Part shown: positions 9,493-19,488 of the stretch, piece by piece
Position numbering within the stretch: position 1 is the first letter of the stretch
Layout: the number at the start of each line of letters is the position of its first letter
From: a virus
Reading direction: 5' to 3' (one strand)
IMG/VR virus record: IMGVR_UViG_3300043419_000898
Span: 1 to 64,000 of that record
Length of the DNA: 64,000 nt
Translations under genes and position numbers: made by a program
The notes under the pieces: generated by a model
What the model was told of the DNA's origin: nothing
Databases searched by the model: none
Seen by the model: the letters and a program-made list of their open reading frames with translations, nothing else

Positions 9493-9765
9493 TTACTTTT
9501 TGGGCAGATTTTTGATAACTTCAACAACAACAAACTCTAGGATTTCGTTGTCTGATGGAGTGCCCTTCTCTTTGTCTTTGATGCGGTTTGCAATAGTCTT
9601 TGTCAGCGTCTTGCCAAACTGAGGCTCTAAGGCTTTGAGCGCACTTGATATAGCAATATCTTCAGCAAGAGATACAAGTGCTTTATCCACACCTTTGATA
9701 AGGTTACGCTCTTCAATGCCAAACCATCGTTTTAACTTAGAACTAAACCAAGACATACTAACCAC
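9493..9765 (-). CDS. Hypothetical protein upstream of the endolysin
   Basis: 90-aa ORF overlapping the end of the tail gene. Confidence 0.6.
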   Translation of the reverse strand: MVSMSWFSSKLKRWFGIEERNLIKGVDKALVSLAEDIAISSALKALEPQFGKTLTKTIANRIKDKEKGTPSDNEILEFVVVEVIKNLPKK

Positions 9766-12025
9766 CTCCGATAGTCACAGCCGGACCTATCCTTACTCCA
9801 CGGTAACGTGCTTCACGAACTTTAGGTCTACTAGATGCTTCAAAGACAAACTTGATTTGTGGTATCGCTATGATTCTGTAGTCTGAGTATTCAGTTTCAT
9901 ATTCCCATGTACTTGTATACAAGTTATGTATACGGACGACATCACCTATCCAAAGCGGTCTATCATCTGAGTCACGTATAAGAAAGTCTGATGTCCATTC
10001 AACCAAGTCACGACCCGGCGTTAATCTATCAACAAGAACTTCGAGTGCCCTTAGTGCTGCCTCATCTGTCGTAATTGACTCATTGATATGCACAACACTA
10101 CAGATGCGCCCACGCCAGTTTCTGGGGCGAAGTGCTGGTACGGTAGTCGGGTTTTGACTATCTGTGTCGTTATAACTTTTGTATATCAGTCTGTCTGTTC
10201 GTGGGTCACGACCGATGACTTGTATGTGGTTTGCTTCTGCCGCTTCGTAATGACGTGATAGTTCACGTATAGTCCTCTTACTCGTAAGCGTTTTTGGAAC
10301 AAGTGCATTAGTCGCCGCAAAATTGGCTTCGTACAAATTCATTTGCACTGTATTTGATAACACAGACGGACTTATAAAGCAGTACTTATAACCAGTTGAC
10401 GTAGGGAACCAACCACGTGTATATGTTTGAGCATAATCACTCCAAAGTTGGTTTAGCCACTTAGCAACTGTGTCACCACGCTCTGGAGCCAAACTCCATT
10501 TACCCGTCGAAATGATAGGCGAGTATGGCAACTGGAAAGCTGGAATGTTGATGTACCAATCAGAAGAGTTGTACCCACATATAGTCAATAGGTCTTTGAC
10601 TGCGTAATCTAATTCAAGTCCATCATAAGGAACTGAGTCGATAAGCATCATCAACTCAAACTCACGTGACCTATCTTTACCTTGAAAAGACATAGATGGA
10701 TACTCAAGTGCCACATCACCCTTCTCATAAGAAATCTCTGGAGAGTCTAACGTGCCACGGCATATATCTAGGTATGTACCATTACCTTTTCTGATAGCAA
10801 TCCTAAATGGTCTATCAGATTGGTACAGACTATTTTCAACAGCGGCATCGTTGTAAAGTAAGCCATATCTAGTGTCAAACTTGACAGTTTGTGTTCCATC
10901 TTCATCTACGGAACACTCAAGGCTTTGAACATAGTTAGTGATGTCTATAGAGCCGTTATAGGTGTTAACTACTGTAGGTGTTGAGTACAAGTCAATTGCA
11001 TACACACCCCAAGTGGCATTTCCATCACCAGTAAGTTCTGCTTGTGCCCTTACATCATCAACGGGGATGAGTGGGTTCCAAGCAGTCAAATCCTCCTTGA
11101 CTACACTCATGTTTGAAACAATAGTTGCCGAGTTTGGACCTATGCGGTCAGCACCAGCCGACCAACCAGTGAACGTAGTGCCAATTGGAGGCACTGCACG
11201 TAAGGTTGTGTTACCACCACGAACTATCCCAGATGTTTCAAACTTACACTTAGCAACTTGCACCATAGGATGAAAAGGTGCTGGTACATTCCACCAGAAC
11301 TTTGAACTTGGTGTAATGTCGTTAGTATTTGGGTCACCTACATCTGGGTCAAGGTCGTCAAATGTGTGAGCAAAGTTAGTTCCGTAATTGCTAAGTACTA
11401 GTAGTTCACGTTTACGACAAGGAAGCAATACAAGGTTTACATATGTATTTGCTGGCGACATTGAGTACAACTTCATGCCACCGGGACGCATGCCACCCTT
11501 TGTGGAGTCGTACTTCTCTAGTTTTTGTCCACCTTTGTAAACAACTATTGCGCCACCAGCCATGACGTCAAGTCTGACTTCGGTGGGTTGACCATAATTC
11601 CATCCACATTGGAAGGCTACGGTTTCATTTGCCTTCTTTGTTCCCGACATGAAGAATGACACATACATCGGCTGATTAGACGGAAGTACTTCACTGAGTT
11701 GACAGACTGCATTTACACCCTCAGATGCTATGTAGTAATCAGTAGGATGTAATAACTTGACTTCTTTCCACTTAGTTGGGTCAGTAAGTGTGTCGTAGTC
11801 AGTTAGGCGTTTACGGGCATAATTACCAGCACCACTTGTAATCCATGTAGGAGTAAGTGGCAAAGGAGCAAGCATTGCAGTGCCGGTTACGGCATCTACA
11901 AATATGCCATCAGTAGACTTTTCCCTACTCCACGTAGAGCCTTCACCAGAAACGCAGTACCTAGGTACAGACACACGTTTCTCTGGTACATCAATCTCAA
12001 TCTTTACTGGCCAATCTGTAGCCAT
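9758..12025 (-). CDS. Tail tip/baseplate hub-like protein
   Basis: 755 aa directly downstream of the tape measure, with hub-like segments (DITNYVQSL, GDVVRI). Confidence 0.7.
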   Translation of the reverse strand: MATDWPVKIEIDVPEKRVSVPRYCVSGEGSTWSREKSTDGIFVDAVTGTAMLAPLPLTPTWITSGAGNYARKRLTDYDTLTDPTKWKEVKLLHPTDYYIASEGVNAVCQLSEVLPSNQPMYVSFFMSGTKKANETVAFQCGWNYGQPTEVRLDVMAGGAIVVYKGGQKLEKYDSTKGGMRPGGMKLYSMSPANTYVNLVLLPCRKRELLVLSNYGTNFAHTFDDLDPDVGDPNTNDITPSSKFWWNVPAPFHPMVQVAKCKFETSGIVRGGNTTLRAVPPIGTTFTGWSAGADRIGPNSATIVSNMSVVKEDLTAWNPLIPVDDVRAQAELTGDGNATWGVYAIDLYSTPTVVNTYNGSIDITNYVQSLECSVDEDGTQTVKFDTRYGLLYNDAAVENSLYQSDRPFRIAIRKGNGTYLDICRGTLDSPEISYEKGDVALEYPSMSFQGKDRSREFELMMLIDSVPYDGLELDYAVKDLLTICGYNSSDWYINIPAFQLPYSPIISTGKWSLAPERGDTVAKWLNQLWSDYAQTYTRGWFPTSTGYKYCFISPSVLSNTVQMNLYEANFAATNALVPKTLTSKRTIRELSRHYEAAEANHIQVIGRDPRTDRLIYKSYNDTDSQNPTTVPALRPRNWRGRICSVVHINESITTDEAALRALEVLVDRLTPGRDLVEWTSDFLIRDSDDRPLWIGDVVRIHNLYTSTWEYETEYSDYRIIAIPQIKFVFEASSRPKVREARYRGVRIGPAVTIGGG

Positions 12026-12028
12026 TTA

Positions 12029-14329
12029 TTATCTCCGGAGCGGGTTGTTGACGTCACCCTTGCGTGACTGTTCATACATGAAAGCACGTAAACCTTGTTC
12101 TATCAAGGTTGGTGCTGTTCTTAGTCCCGGTGAGTTTATACGTGCACCACCCTTAAGTTCGGTTGCCGTAACACCAAGTTTAGCCAACTCTCCACCACCA
12201 AGAGTTTGAGTGCGAAGTTTAAGTTCATCGGCAGTTTTCTTGGTGTTATCTGAGATTTCCTTTAGCGTGTCTAGTGATTTGTTGCCGCCACCAATTGCTC
12301 CAGTCGGCTGAACTGGACGACCACCGTAATTCAAGTCAGGTGGAAGGTTTGGCAGTGCTTGCATGTTTTGTGCTATGCGACCATAAATGTCGTTAGCCTT
12401 TGTGCCAACACTACCAAATGCCGCGCCAATATTTGCTAATTCAGGAACACTGCCAATGGCACCAGTAATGCCAGAGACAAAGTCTTTACCAAGAGTACCA
12501 GCAGCACGTTGTCTTTCAAGGTCAGCAAATGCGGCCTTTGTTTTATCCTCACGACCAACTGCATCTGCCGCCGCTTGACCTATACCAGCAACTGGTGCTG
12601 CAATTCCCATGACAGTTGCACCAGCAATACCAGTTACCCCTAACCCATAATTGCCAATCGCACCGGTTATGTCGCCTTCTTTAAGTGCTTTCGTACCTTC
12701 TGCAAATCTTTTTAACGACCACATCAATACTTGGAAGGTTTGCACAAAAGGTGTCAAGAATGATTTCATACTATCGAACGCTTCTTTGAAGACTAATCCA
12801 ACATATTTAACCCAATAAATGAGTTCATTAGCCCACTTAGGACCTTGCTGCCCAAGGTAATTAAATAATGCTGTAGCACCATCCTTTAGTGCTGTATAGA
12901 TAACCGGTATTTGATGTACTGCCGCGATAATGTAACTAGATATACGTGCTGCTGCTTCTCTAAAGTTATCAACAAGCGACTTTGTGTCTACAAAGCCAAA
13001 GATGCTTGCCATCGCCTCTTGTATGACACCACTCTGACCAATGGAGTAAAACACCTCACCTATGGCAGTAGATACCTGCCTAATAATTTCTATAAGGTTT
13101 TGCATACCCGGCTGAGCGGCGGTAAACATCGCAGCAAGACCTTGACCAACCGGACGTGTAGCCTCAGCCAAATCGTCCATGACGTTTTCAAGGCTTGTAC
13201 TAACACCAGCAGAAACACTTGGTAGTTTGAGGAGTTCGTTGTTAATCATGTCAACAACATCAAAGACTGATTTCCCAGTCTGCTCCATTAACTTAGAAAT
13301 TTCTTCACCCTTGGCACTACCAAATGCTTTCAAGAGAACCATGCGAATCTGAGGAACACGCTCGGACAACTGACGGATTTCGTCACCTTCCAACTTACCG
13401 GCTGTAACAATCTGCTGAAGTGCAAGCATCGCACCCTTGAAGTCTGCTTTACCCTTACCGACCGCGGCAAGCGCACGGGCAAATCCCATAATAGACTTTT
13501 CTGCGTTCTGAGCATCAAGTCCAGCGGCACGAAGACCAGTTGTAGCCTGAATGACTTCGGGGAGAGCAAGACCCGGAAGTTTAGCGAGTTGCCTCAAACG
13601 CCCCAATGTTTCGGTTAGGGATTTAGCATTGTCTTCGTAAGCCGCAAGTCCACGTATTTGTTGTTCATATGATACATACTGTGCAAATTGCTGTTGAAGA
13701 AACATAGCTGTCAGATTTGTTGCCGCTTTTGCTGCTTCCAATCCAACACTAATAATTCCACCAGCGACATTGCCTAGGACTTGAAGTACTTCACCGGCTA
13801 CATTTACTATAGTGCCTAAGATTCCAGCAAATGCCTGAAGACCACCACCCACAAGTCCAAGTATCGCACTATTTACAACACCAAGTACACCAAGAACACT
13901 GCTGGCTATGCCTCCGAGTTTGCCAAATCCGCCAACTGCTGATGATAATCCCTTAGTAACAGTACTTCCGATTTGACCTAGCGCACCTAGTCCTTGACCC
14001 AACTTGCCTATCAGCGATATTGGATTAGCGGAAATCTTACCCATATTTGCAATGGCACCTGATACTTGATTAATACCAGTAGACAAACTGCTATATGCGC
14101 CACCACCACCACCGCCTCCACCACCAGAAGTACCACCACCGCTTCCTCCACCACCAACTCGTCCGGATATGGAAAGTTTAGGCATGGCTGCGGCACTGCT
14201 AAATGTCTTCTGGAGATTCTGAATAGCGGCGGCGGCTTTGTTTGCTTGGGCTTCGAGCTTGGCAAGGTCTTGCTCGGTACGACGAATGTTCGTACCTTTG
14301 ACTTTAATCTCAAGCTCACGTAATGTCAT
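12029..14329 (-). CDS. Tape measure protein
   Basis: 766 aa, A/G/L-rich helical; ALQQIVTAGKLEGDEIRQLSERVP tape-measure motif; follows the tail chaperone. Confidence 0.93.
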   Translation of the reverse strand: MTLRELEIKVKGTNIRRTEQDLAKLEAQANKAAAAIQNLQKTFSSAAAMPKLSISGRVGGGGSGGGTSGGGGGGGGGAYSSLSTGINQVSGAIANMGKISANPISLIGKLGQGLGALGQIGSTVTKGLSSAVGGFGKLGGIASSVLGVLGVVNSAILGLVGGGLQAFAGILGTIVNVAGEVLQVLGNVAGGIISVGLEAAKAATNLTAMFLQQQFAQYVSYEQQIRGLAAYEDNAKSLTETLGRLRQLAKLPGLALPEVIQATTGLRAAGLDAQNAEKSIMGFARALAAVGKGKADFKGAMLALQQIVTAGKLEGDEIRQLSERVPQIRMVLLKAFGSAKGEEISKLMEQTGKSVFDVVDMINNELLKLPSVSAGVSTSLENVMDDLAEATRPVGQGLAAMFTAAQPGMQNLIEIIRQVSTAIGEVFYSIGQSGVIQEAMASIFGFVDTKSLVDNFREAAARISSYIIAAVHQIPVIYTALKDGATALFNYLGQQGPKWANELIYWVKYVGLVFKEAFDSMKSFLTPFVQTFQVLMWSLKRFAEGTKALKEGDITGAIGNYGLGVTGIAGATVMGIAAPVAGIGQAAADAVGREDKTKAAFADLERQRAAGTLGKDFVSGITGAIGSVPELANIGAAFGSVGTKANDIYGRIAQNMQALPNLPPDLNYGGRPVQPTGAIGGGNKSLDTLKEISDNTKKTADELKLRTQTLGGGELAKLGVTATELKGGARINSPGLRTAPTLIEQGLRAFMYEQSRKGDVNNPLRR

Positions 14330-14511
14330 TTTGCACCCAACGCCCTTGCTGTTATCATTGCTAGTTCTTCTTCACGTTTATCTAGCATTTGACCTATATA
14401 GACTAACTCGCTTAATCTATCAAAATCTAGGTCAGTCTCCGCCGGGTGCCTATGCAAGTACTTTACGGAGTAGTACAAAGCAAGTTGTGCTACTCCGCTG
14501 AGTCGTTTCCC
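14326..14511 (-). CDS. -1 frameshift extension of the tail chaperone (gpGT-like)
   Basis: GGGAAAC at 14511-14505. The -1 frame reads RLSGVAQLALYYSVKYLHRHPAETDLDFDRLSELVYIGQMLDKREEELAMITARALGAK to a TGA overlapping the tape measure ATG. Confidence 0.85.
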   Translation of the reverse strand, partial: GKRLSGVAQLALYYSVKYLHRHPAETDLDFDRLSELVYIGQMLDKREEELAMITARALGAK

Positions 14512-14879
14512 ACTTCTTTCCTACCCGTAATATCGTCTTGCGGGAAGGCTGTTCCGTATTGAGCAAGCATGTAGAAGAACAAGTCGCTATTCTCACGGGC
14601 TATATTTGCGATAGAACGCCAAGGACTAATTGCCTGACCGTTATCTGTTTCATCTGGAACATATGTTCTACCCATCACAAGAATGGACTGAAGCATTGGT
14701 TCCTTGAACTCAGGAAACTGAATCTTTGCATCACGCAACTCGTTAGCATCTGGAAAGATATCCGCTGCTTTAGGAGCACGAAATGTAAGTGTTCCTTCTC
14801 CATCAAACTCCGATAAATCAATGACCAAGTTAGGCTGTACAGCCTTTGGCTTTACTGTTTTAAGACTCTGTAATCCCAT
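14490..14879 (-). CDS. Tail assembly chaperone (gpG-like)
   Basis: Lies between tail tube and tape measure; slippery G GGA AAC near the 3' end. Confidence 0.85.
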   Translation of the reverse strand: MGLQSLKTVKPKAVQPNLVIDLSEFDGEGTLTFRAPKAADIFPDANELRDAKIQFPEFKEPMLQSILVMGRTYVPDETDNGQAISPWRSIANIARENSDLFFYMLAQYGTAFPQDDITGRKEVGNDSAE

Positions 14880-14887
14880 AGTATTCC

Positions 14888-15331
14888 TTAGATAAAGCCA
14901 CCAAGTCCAGCGACACCATAAGTGCCCAATGCAATAGTGACTGTTTCAGTGAGGATACCATCTAGGTCTTGCGATAGCGAAACCTCACTTATTACGCCTT
15001 CGTCTTGCCAGTTTGTTTCAGTACCAAGGTAGGGTATAGTTGCTGTCACTTTACAGTATCTATAAAGTTGCTCTTGAAATGCTAAACCAGTTGTATTGTC
15101 AACGTAGATATCAATCTCTACAGTTCCACTCTGGCGAGTGAAATATAGCTTTTCTTCAACATCAGCGATACATGCCAAGTCAAGAGACGCTAACTTGACT
15201 TGTCTTTTATAAGACCTAGCAAGACAGTTAATGCTTTGATTAGGTATCGTAACATATGTTGGCAAACCGTCTTGATAACCGTCAGATAACTGTATAGATA
15301 TGACGATATTATTTGCTGTTATAGCAGACAT
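14888..15331 (-). CDS. Tail tube-like protein, paralog 3 (divergent)
   Basis: CLARSY..SGTVEI..GVISEVSL..DGILTETVTIALG shared with the two upstream genes. Confidence 0.65.
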   Translation of the reverse strand: MSAITANNIVISIQLSDGYQDGLPTYVTIPNQSINCLARSYKRQVKLASLDLACIADVEEKLYFTRQSGTVEIDIYVDNTTGLAFQEQLYRYCKVTATIPYLGTETNWQDEGVISEVSLSQDLDGILTETVTIALGTYGVAGLGGFI

Positions 15332-15783
15332 TACACTCCGCCGAAGCTTGTAATTCCAGTGACTCCAAGGATGATTGTGACCGTCTCAGAAATGTATCCG
15401 TCAACCTCAGCAGTGATACCAGCAGAAGTGATGACGCCAAAGTCTGTGTATGTTGCAGGTCCAACGTCAGCAGTCACTTTAACGTAGAAGCCTTCTTTAT
15501 CAAAGAACATAGCCGCTGTTCCAACTGGGAGCAACAGCTCCATCTCAATGGTACCTGACTTACGAGTTGGGCTAACCTTCATTTCAGTGTCGCAGAATGC
15601 ACCGGCTTCTACAGTACCAATCTCAAGGGAGCGGCTGTATGTACGAGCAAGGCATCGCTTTTCAACGACAGTGCCAACTGCGGTCGATGGGTCACCGGGA
15701 GTTGTTCCACTACCTTGCGAGTTTGCACCAAGATAGATGCCAACACTAATATTCTGTGCTGTTTGGATTTGTGCTGATGGCAT
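15331..15783 (-). CDS. Tail tube-like protein, paralog 2
   Basis: CLARTYSRSLEIGTVEAGAFCDTEMK..RKSGTIEME; syntenic position of the major tail protein. Confidence 0.7.
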   Translation of the reverse strand: MPSAQIQTAQNISVGIYLGANSQGSGTTPGDPSTAVGTVVEKRCLARTYSRSLEIGTVEAGAFCDTEMKVSPTRKSGTIEMELLLPVGTAAMFFDKEGFYVKVTADVGPATYTDFGVITSAGITAEVDGYISETVTIILGVTGITSFGGV

Positions 15784-15795
15784 TATATTCTCCTA

Positions 15796-16251
15796 TTACG
15801 CTACTGCATCGTGGAACGAGTCAATGCCGCTCACACCAAGAGTAATCGTGACGTTCTCTGTGACAATGCCATCAACTTCTGAACCTACAGAAGCGGCAGT
15901 AATCAAACCAAAGTCTAAGATGGTTGTGGACGAGTTGATGACAGCCTGAACTGAAACGTAGTAGCCGATTGAACCTTGGAAGATTGGGTATGAACCAGTT
16001 GTTGGTACAAGCACTTCCATTTCAATGGTTCCGGACTTACGGGTCGTAGCCATTTTCATTTCCGTATCGCAGAAAGCACCAGCCTCAACTGTTCCGATTT
16101 CTGTCGAACGTGTATAAGAACGAGCAAGGCAGTTCAACTGGGTAGCCGGACTATCAGCACTTGTACCAATAGCCGTTCCAGCCTGAGCATCTGCTCCGAT
16201 TTTGTAAACAATGCTAATGTTGTTAGCACGTGTAACTTGTGCTGAAGGCAT
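15796..16251 (-). CDS. Tail tube-like protein, paralog 1
   Basis: CLARSYTRSTEIGTVEAGAFCDTEMK..RKSGTIEME; directly follows the tail terminator. Confidence 0.7.
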   Translation of the reverse strand: MPSAQVTRANNISIVYKIGADAQAGTAIGTSADSPATQLNCLARSYTRSTEIGTVEAGAFCDTEMKMATTRKSGTIEMEVLVPTTGSYPIFQGSIGYYVSVQAVINSSTTILDFGLITAASVGSEVDGIVTENVTITLGVSGIDSFHDAVA

Positions 16252-16252
16252 C

Positions 16253-16738
16253 CTACACTCCTATTTCAACCGTGACCATCGTTTGGTACGTTGCTGTAAT
16301 TCCGTAATCAGTAATACCACTTGACGGGTCAGGCATGATGACATCACTACCATCCCGCCTAATCCAAAAGTGTGGAGTAGTAAATGACTGCTTGTTGTCT
16401 ATCAGTTCATCAACCCTATCCATAATTGGTTTTATCCGAGCGTAGGACACACTTCCACTTTGTCTATCCCAAGCAGTTATCCTTATAGATGGACTAGCCA
16501 AGAAGCGTGTTCCACAGAGTGACCGCTCATCAACACCACCATCTGCAAGAGACACTATGACGAAGGGGGCAAGTGGGCTTTTCCCACTTATAGGGTCAAC
16601 TTGTGGTGCCATATCGGTGTAGACACCTTGTTGATAACCTCTTACCTTTGACGTACCAGCAATCAAATCTTGTAAAACACTATCCTCAGATAATGTCTGA
16701 TAAATCCAAGATATAACGTCAACCCATTCGATAGCCAT
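16253..16738 (-). CDS. Tail terminator/completion protein (DUF3168-like)
   Basis: IYQTLSEDSVLQDL, GVYTDMAPQ, PFVIVS, IMDRVDEL; synteny. Confidence 0.75.
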   Translation of the reverse strand: MAIEWVDVISWIYQTLSEDSVLQDLIAGTSKVRGYQQGVYTDMAPQVDPISGKSPLAPFVIVSLADGGVDERSLCGTRFLASPSIRITAWDRQSGSVSYARIKPIMDRVDELIDNKQSFTTPHFWIRRDGSDVIMPDPSSGITDYGITATYQTMVTVEIGV

Positions 16739-17049
16739 TAGAGTCTATTCAAAGTCCTAGTCACATGGTAAGACACACGAGTAAATGCTGGTGCCATAAA
16801 TGGTTGTGCTGGTTGATGTGGTGTGCCAAGTTCAACCATTGGAGCGTATGACAAACGTGTGTACACTGCCGCTTCTATAGCATCTGGATTAGCAACAGAT
16901 GAACTAACCTTGATAGAGTTCTTTAGTTTGCCAGACGCAACCGGAGCCTTCTGCTGTGCAACAGATTGCCCAATCTTACATGCTTCATAAGGCAAGCGTT
17001 CCAGTGTTCGGAACATAGCCTTCAGTTGCCTATCTTTTACTCTTGACAT
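16738..17049 (-). CDS. HK97 gp10-like neck protein
   Basis: APVASGKLKNSI and YAPMVELGT..QPAQPFMAPA. Confidence 0.9.
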   Translation of the reverse strand: MSRVKDRQLKAMFRTLERLPYEACKIGQSVAQQKAPVASGKLKNSIKVSSSVANPDAIEAAVYTRLSYAPMVELGTPHQPAQPFMAPAFTRVSYHVTRTLNRL

Positions 17050-17088
17050 AGTGAAATCATACGTCTTTTGTTGTCAGTAAATAAACAA

Positions 17089-17325
17089 CTAATCTGTGTC
17101 TTCAACCTTAGCCTTTAGCATATCCACGCAGTATCTTGCATCGTTGACATGAGCCATAGCCTGAAGCAAGTCTTGGTACAACTGCTCAGTGTCTTGGTTA
17201 CCGTACTCAAACTCACGACGTGATGCTAAACGCTGCATCTCACGGATAGTCAAAGTAAGACTAGTATCAGCCGCCGTCATGACCAACAGTATCGCCGTTG
17301 ATAAGTTGTTTACGCCGTCTTTCAT
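17089..17325 (-). CDS. Hypothetical helical protein
   Basis: 78-aa ORF ATGA-coupled to the upstream gene. Confidence 0.6.
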   Translation of the reverse strand: MKDGVNNLSTAILLVMTAADTSLTLTIREMQRLASRREFEYGNQDTEQLYQDLLQAMAHVNDARYCVDMLKAKVEDTD

Positions 17326-19115
17326 AGGTTGCTTACCACTAGTTTCATTGGACCGTACAAGACCGTGTCAGAGCCACCATTGTTACGTACAACATAGATG
17401 TTATACGAACCGGGCGTATTGGTAACAGTCGTATCTAAAGTAAAGGTCAACTCACCATTTGACTGATACTGGATGACTGTTGGATAGGATTCAACAAGGT
17501 TATTGAGCGAGTAGACTTCTACTGTACATGCTGCTGTTCCGATAGGCACTGGTTTATTGTGTACATCCACCATCTGTAGTTTGACGGTAATTGACGAACC
17601 TTTGATTACATCGAGTATTCCGTTTGCGCCCATCTGGTCAGATATGAGCTTGTATCCAGTGGTTGTTACGAACGTATAGTTGCGTAGGTCAATAGTTATG
17701 ACCGCACCATTAGTACCAGACGCTCCTCTAACAACAACAGTACAGTCGTCAGCACCACCAACAAGTGCTTCGTCAGGTATGTCTAGACGATATACACCGG
17801 GCATTCCAACTGGGTCTACTTCAGCAAACCCACCAGCAACCCACGGCTGAGTTATCGTACGGGCTACCAGCGGGATTGATACGCTTGCTGTGCGTGTACG
17901 GTTGTAGCGGGCTGATAGACCAGAGGTAGAGGCGGTTAGACCGGTAGCACCGAGATAGAGTTCGATGGATTGGGAGGTGCTTCCGGGAGCGATTGTGATG
18001 GTTGAGGCGTTGCGTTCTGTTGGAGTGTAAAAAGATGCTCCTACGATAGTTTGTCTTGCCAACGCTCCAATATCAGTCCCTGATGTCCAGTTATACCCAT
18101 ATTGGTCTGTAGTAGGCGCACCAGATGATGTGCCAGCACCAATCAATGGACTATTGAGATAAGGACTAAAGAATGCAGTTGGAATAGCAGCGGTCAACAT
18201 TGTTGCCCCTAAATCTAGTCCTGTTAAACCTGTTCGTGAATTGACACCAACATCAACTCCGCTTCTTGTGATGGTTGATGCAATCCGATTGTAGTCTTCA
18301 ATAAGTCTGCCGGTTGCATTAGATGCAAGTGATGTTCCACCGTAAATCTGAAATAAAACGCAGTTTCGTATATTTGATGGATTTGTTGTATTCGACGACC
18401 GAACACTAACACCTAGGTCTTGATGTAAAAATACAGAGTTATAGATTGAGACTCCGTTACCAACTGTAATGGTGTTATACGTTGGACCATCAACTATTAT
18501 GCCATTGTTGCACAAGAACAAGCAATCGGTTACCGATGTATTAAAGTTATAAGCCGAACCTGTTGTTTGACCTTCAATATATAATCCAACATCGCCATAA
18601 AAAATACATTTACTTATTGTTGAATCTAGAGGATTATTAGCAGATGTAGCTAATCGCACAATCCCTCTAGCACCACCACTTTGCGCAGACCACGTTGAAA
18701 ACACGCAGTTTTGCAATGTTATATTTCTTGCACTTGTAAATTGCGTATAACCATTACCAACTATATGCACATTTTGTAACGTCACATAAGTTTTAGCGCA
18801 GGTTAATATATTCCCAAATGTCGGAACAACATTGTCTGATGCAAAATTTGTCATCAAAACAATGTTTGGAGTTACTCCAGAAAATTGTGATGCGACAGGG
18901 TCTCCAGAGATTACGAGCGTTTGACTAACTGATGGCGTAACCGTCACTGTAGGAGATTCTCGGTAGATACCGGGCGCAATATATAAATAATTCGCACCAC
19001 TCGTTAAAACCATATTGGCTAATGCATAAGTAATAGTTTGCCACGCCTGATTTGCAGCTGAACCAGTGCCTGCGTTGGCATTATTGCCGTCTGTCCTAAC
19101 GTAATAAGTCGCCAT
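17322..19115 (-). CDS. Beta-helix (pectin-lyase-like) appendage protein, paralog 7
   Basis: MATYYVRTDGNNANAG..IAPGIYRE, repeated (I/V)xNCxF coils, GVYRLDIP module, Ig-like C-terminal domain. Confidence 0.8.
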   Translation of the reverse strand: MATYYVRTDGNNANAGTGSAANQAWQTITYALANMVLTSGANYLYIAPGIYRESPTVTVTPSVSQTLVISGDPVASQFSGVTPNIVLMTNFASDNVVPTFGNILTCAKTYVTLQNVHIVGNGYTQFTSARNITLQNCVFSTWSAQSGGARGIVRLATSANNPLDSTISKCIFYGDVGLYIEGQTTGSAYNFNTSVTDCLFLCNNGIIVDGPTYNTITVGNGVSIYNSVFLHQDLGVSVRSSNTTNPSNIRNCVLFQIYGGTSLASNATGRLIEDYNRIASTITRSGVDVGVNSRTGLTGLDLGATMLTAAIPTAFFSPYLNSPLIGAGTSSGAPTTDQYGYNWTSGTDIGALARQTIVGASFYTPTERNASTITIAPGSTSQSIELYLGATGLTASTSGLSARYNRTRTASVSIPLVARTITQPWVAGGFAEVDPVGMPGVYRLDIPDEALVGGADDCTVVVRGASGTNGAVITIDLRNYTFVTTTGYKLISDQMGANGILDVIKGSSITVKLQMVDVHNKPVPIGTAACTVEVYSLNNLVESYPTVIQYQSNGELTFTLDTTVTNTPGSYNIYVVRNNGGSDTVLYGPMKLVVSNL

Positions 19116-19342
19116 TATTCGGCATCTCCACTAATAATCTGTTGAGCCATAATCACTGCGAACTGTTGCACGATGCCATACTGAAACTGCTCATCCTGCA
19201 TCACCCACCAGACGTTGACCGATGTTCCATCATGTCCAAACGCTCCAAGGATGTTTCCAGCATCGTCTTCAATGTCACCAAATACACGCCAATCAGTAGA
19301 CGGTGCAGGTTCCTTTTCAATGCGGAAGTTTTGCAGGTTCAT
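19115..19342 (-). CDS. Small acidic partner protein of the beta-helix array (one domain)
   Basis: MNLQNFRIE..DWRVFGDIEDDAGNILGAFG.DGTS; paralog of 25274 and 31012. Confidence 0.8.
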   Translation of the reverse strand: MNLQNFRIEKEPAPSTDWRVFGDIEDDAGNILGAFGHDGTSVNVWWVMQDEQFQYGIVQQFAVIMAQQIISGDAE

Positions 19343-19488
19343 TTGCCCACCTTCAAAGCACTTGCCTGAACACCCTTGAAAGGCATCGTGAGGAACGCCA
19401 GCACACTAGACACCGCAGCGGAGACTCCAGCCGCTACAGCCTTGCTCCCATATACCGCCATCACTGCTCCGTAGACCGTAGTATTCAT
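19339..19488 (-). pseudogene. 49-aa hydrophobic ORF, likely 3' remnant of a membrane-protein gene
   Basis: MNTTVYGAVMAVYGSKAVAAGVSAAVSSVLAFLTMPFKGVQASALKVGK, coupled by TAATG and ATGA overlaps; resembles the C-terminal half of 32027-32383. Confidence 0.55.

Noticed and set aside
14095-14160. CCA/CCG tandem repeats
   Set aside because: They encode the poly-Gly linker of the tape measure protein and are not an independent repeat element.
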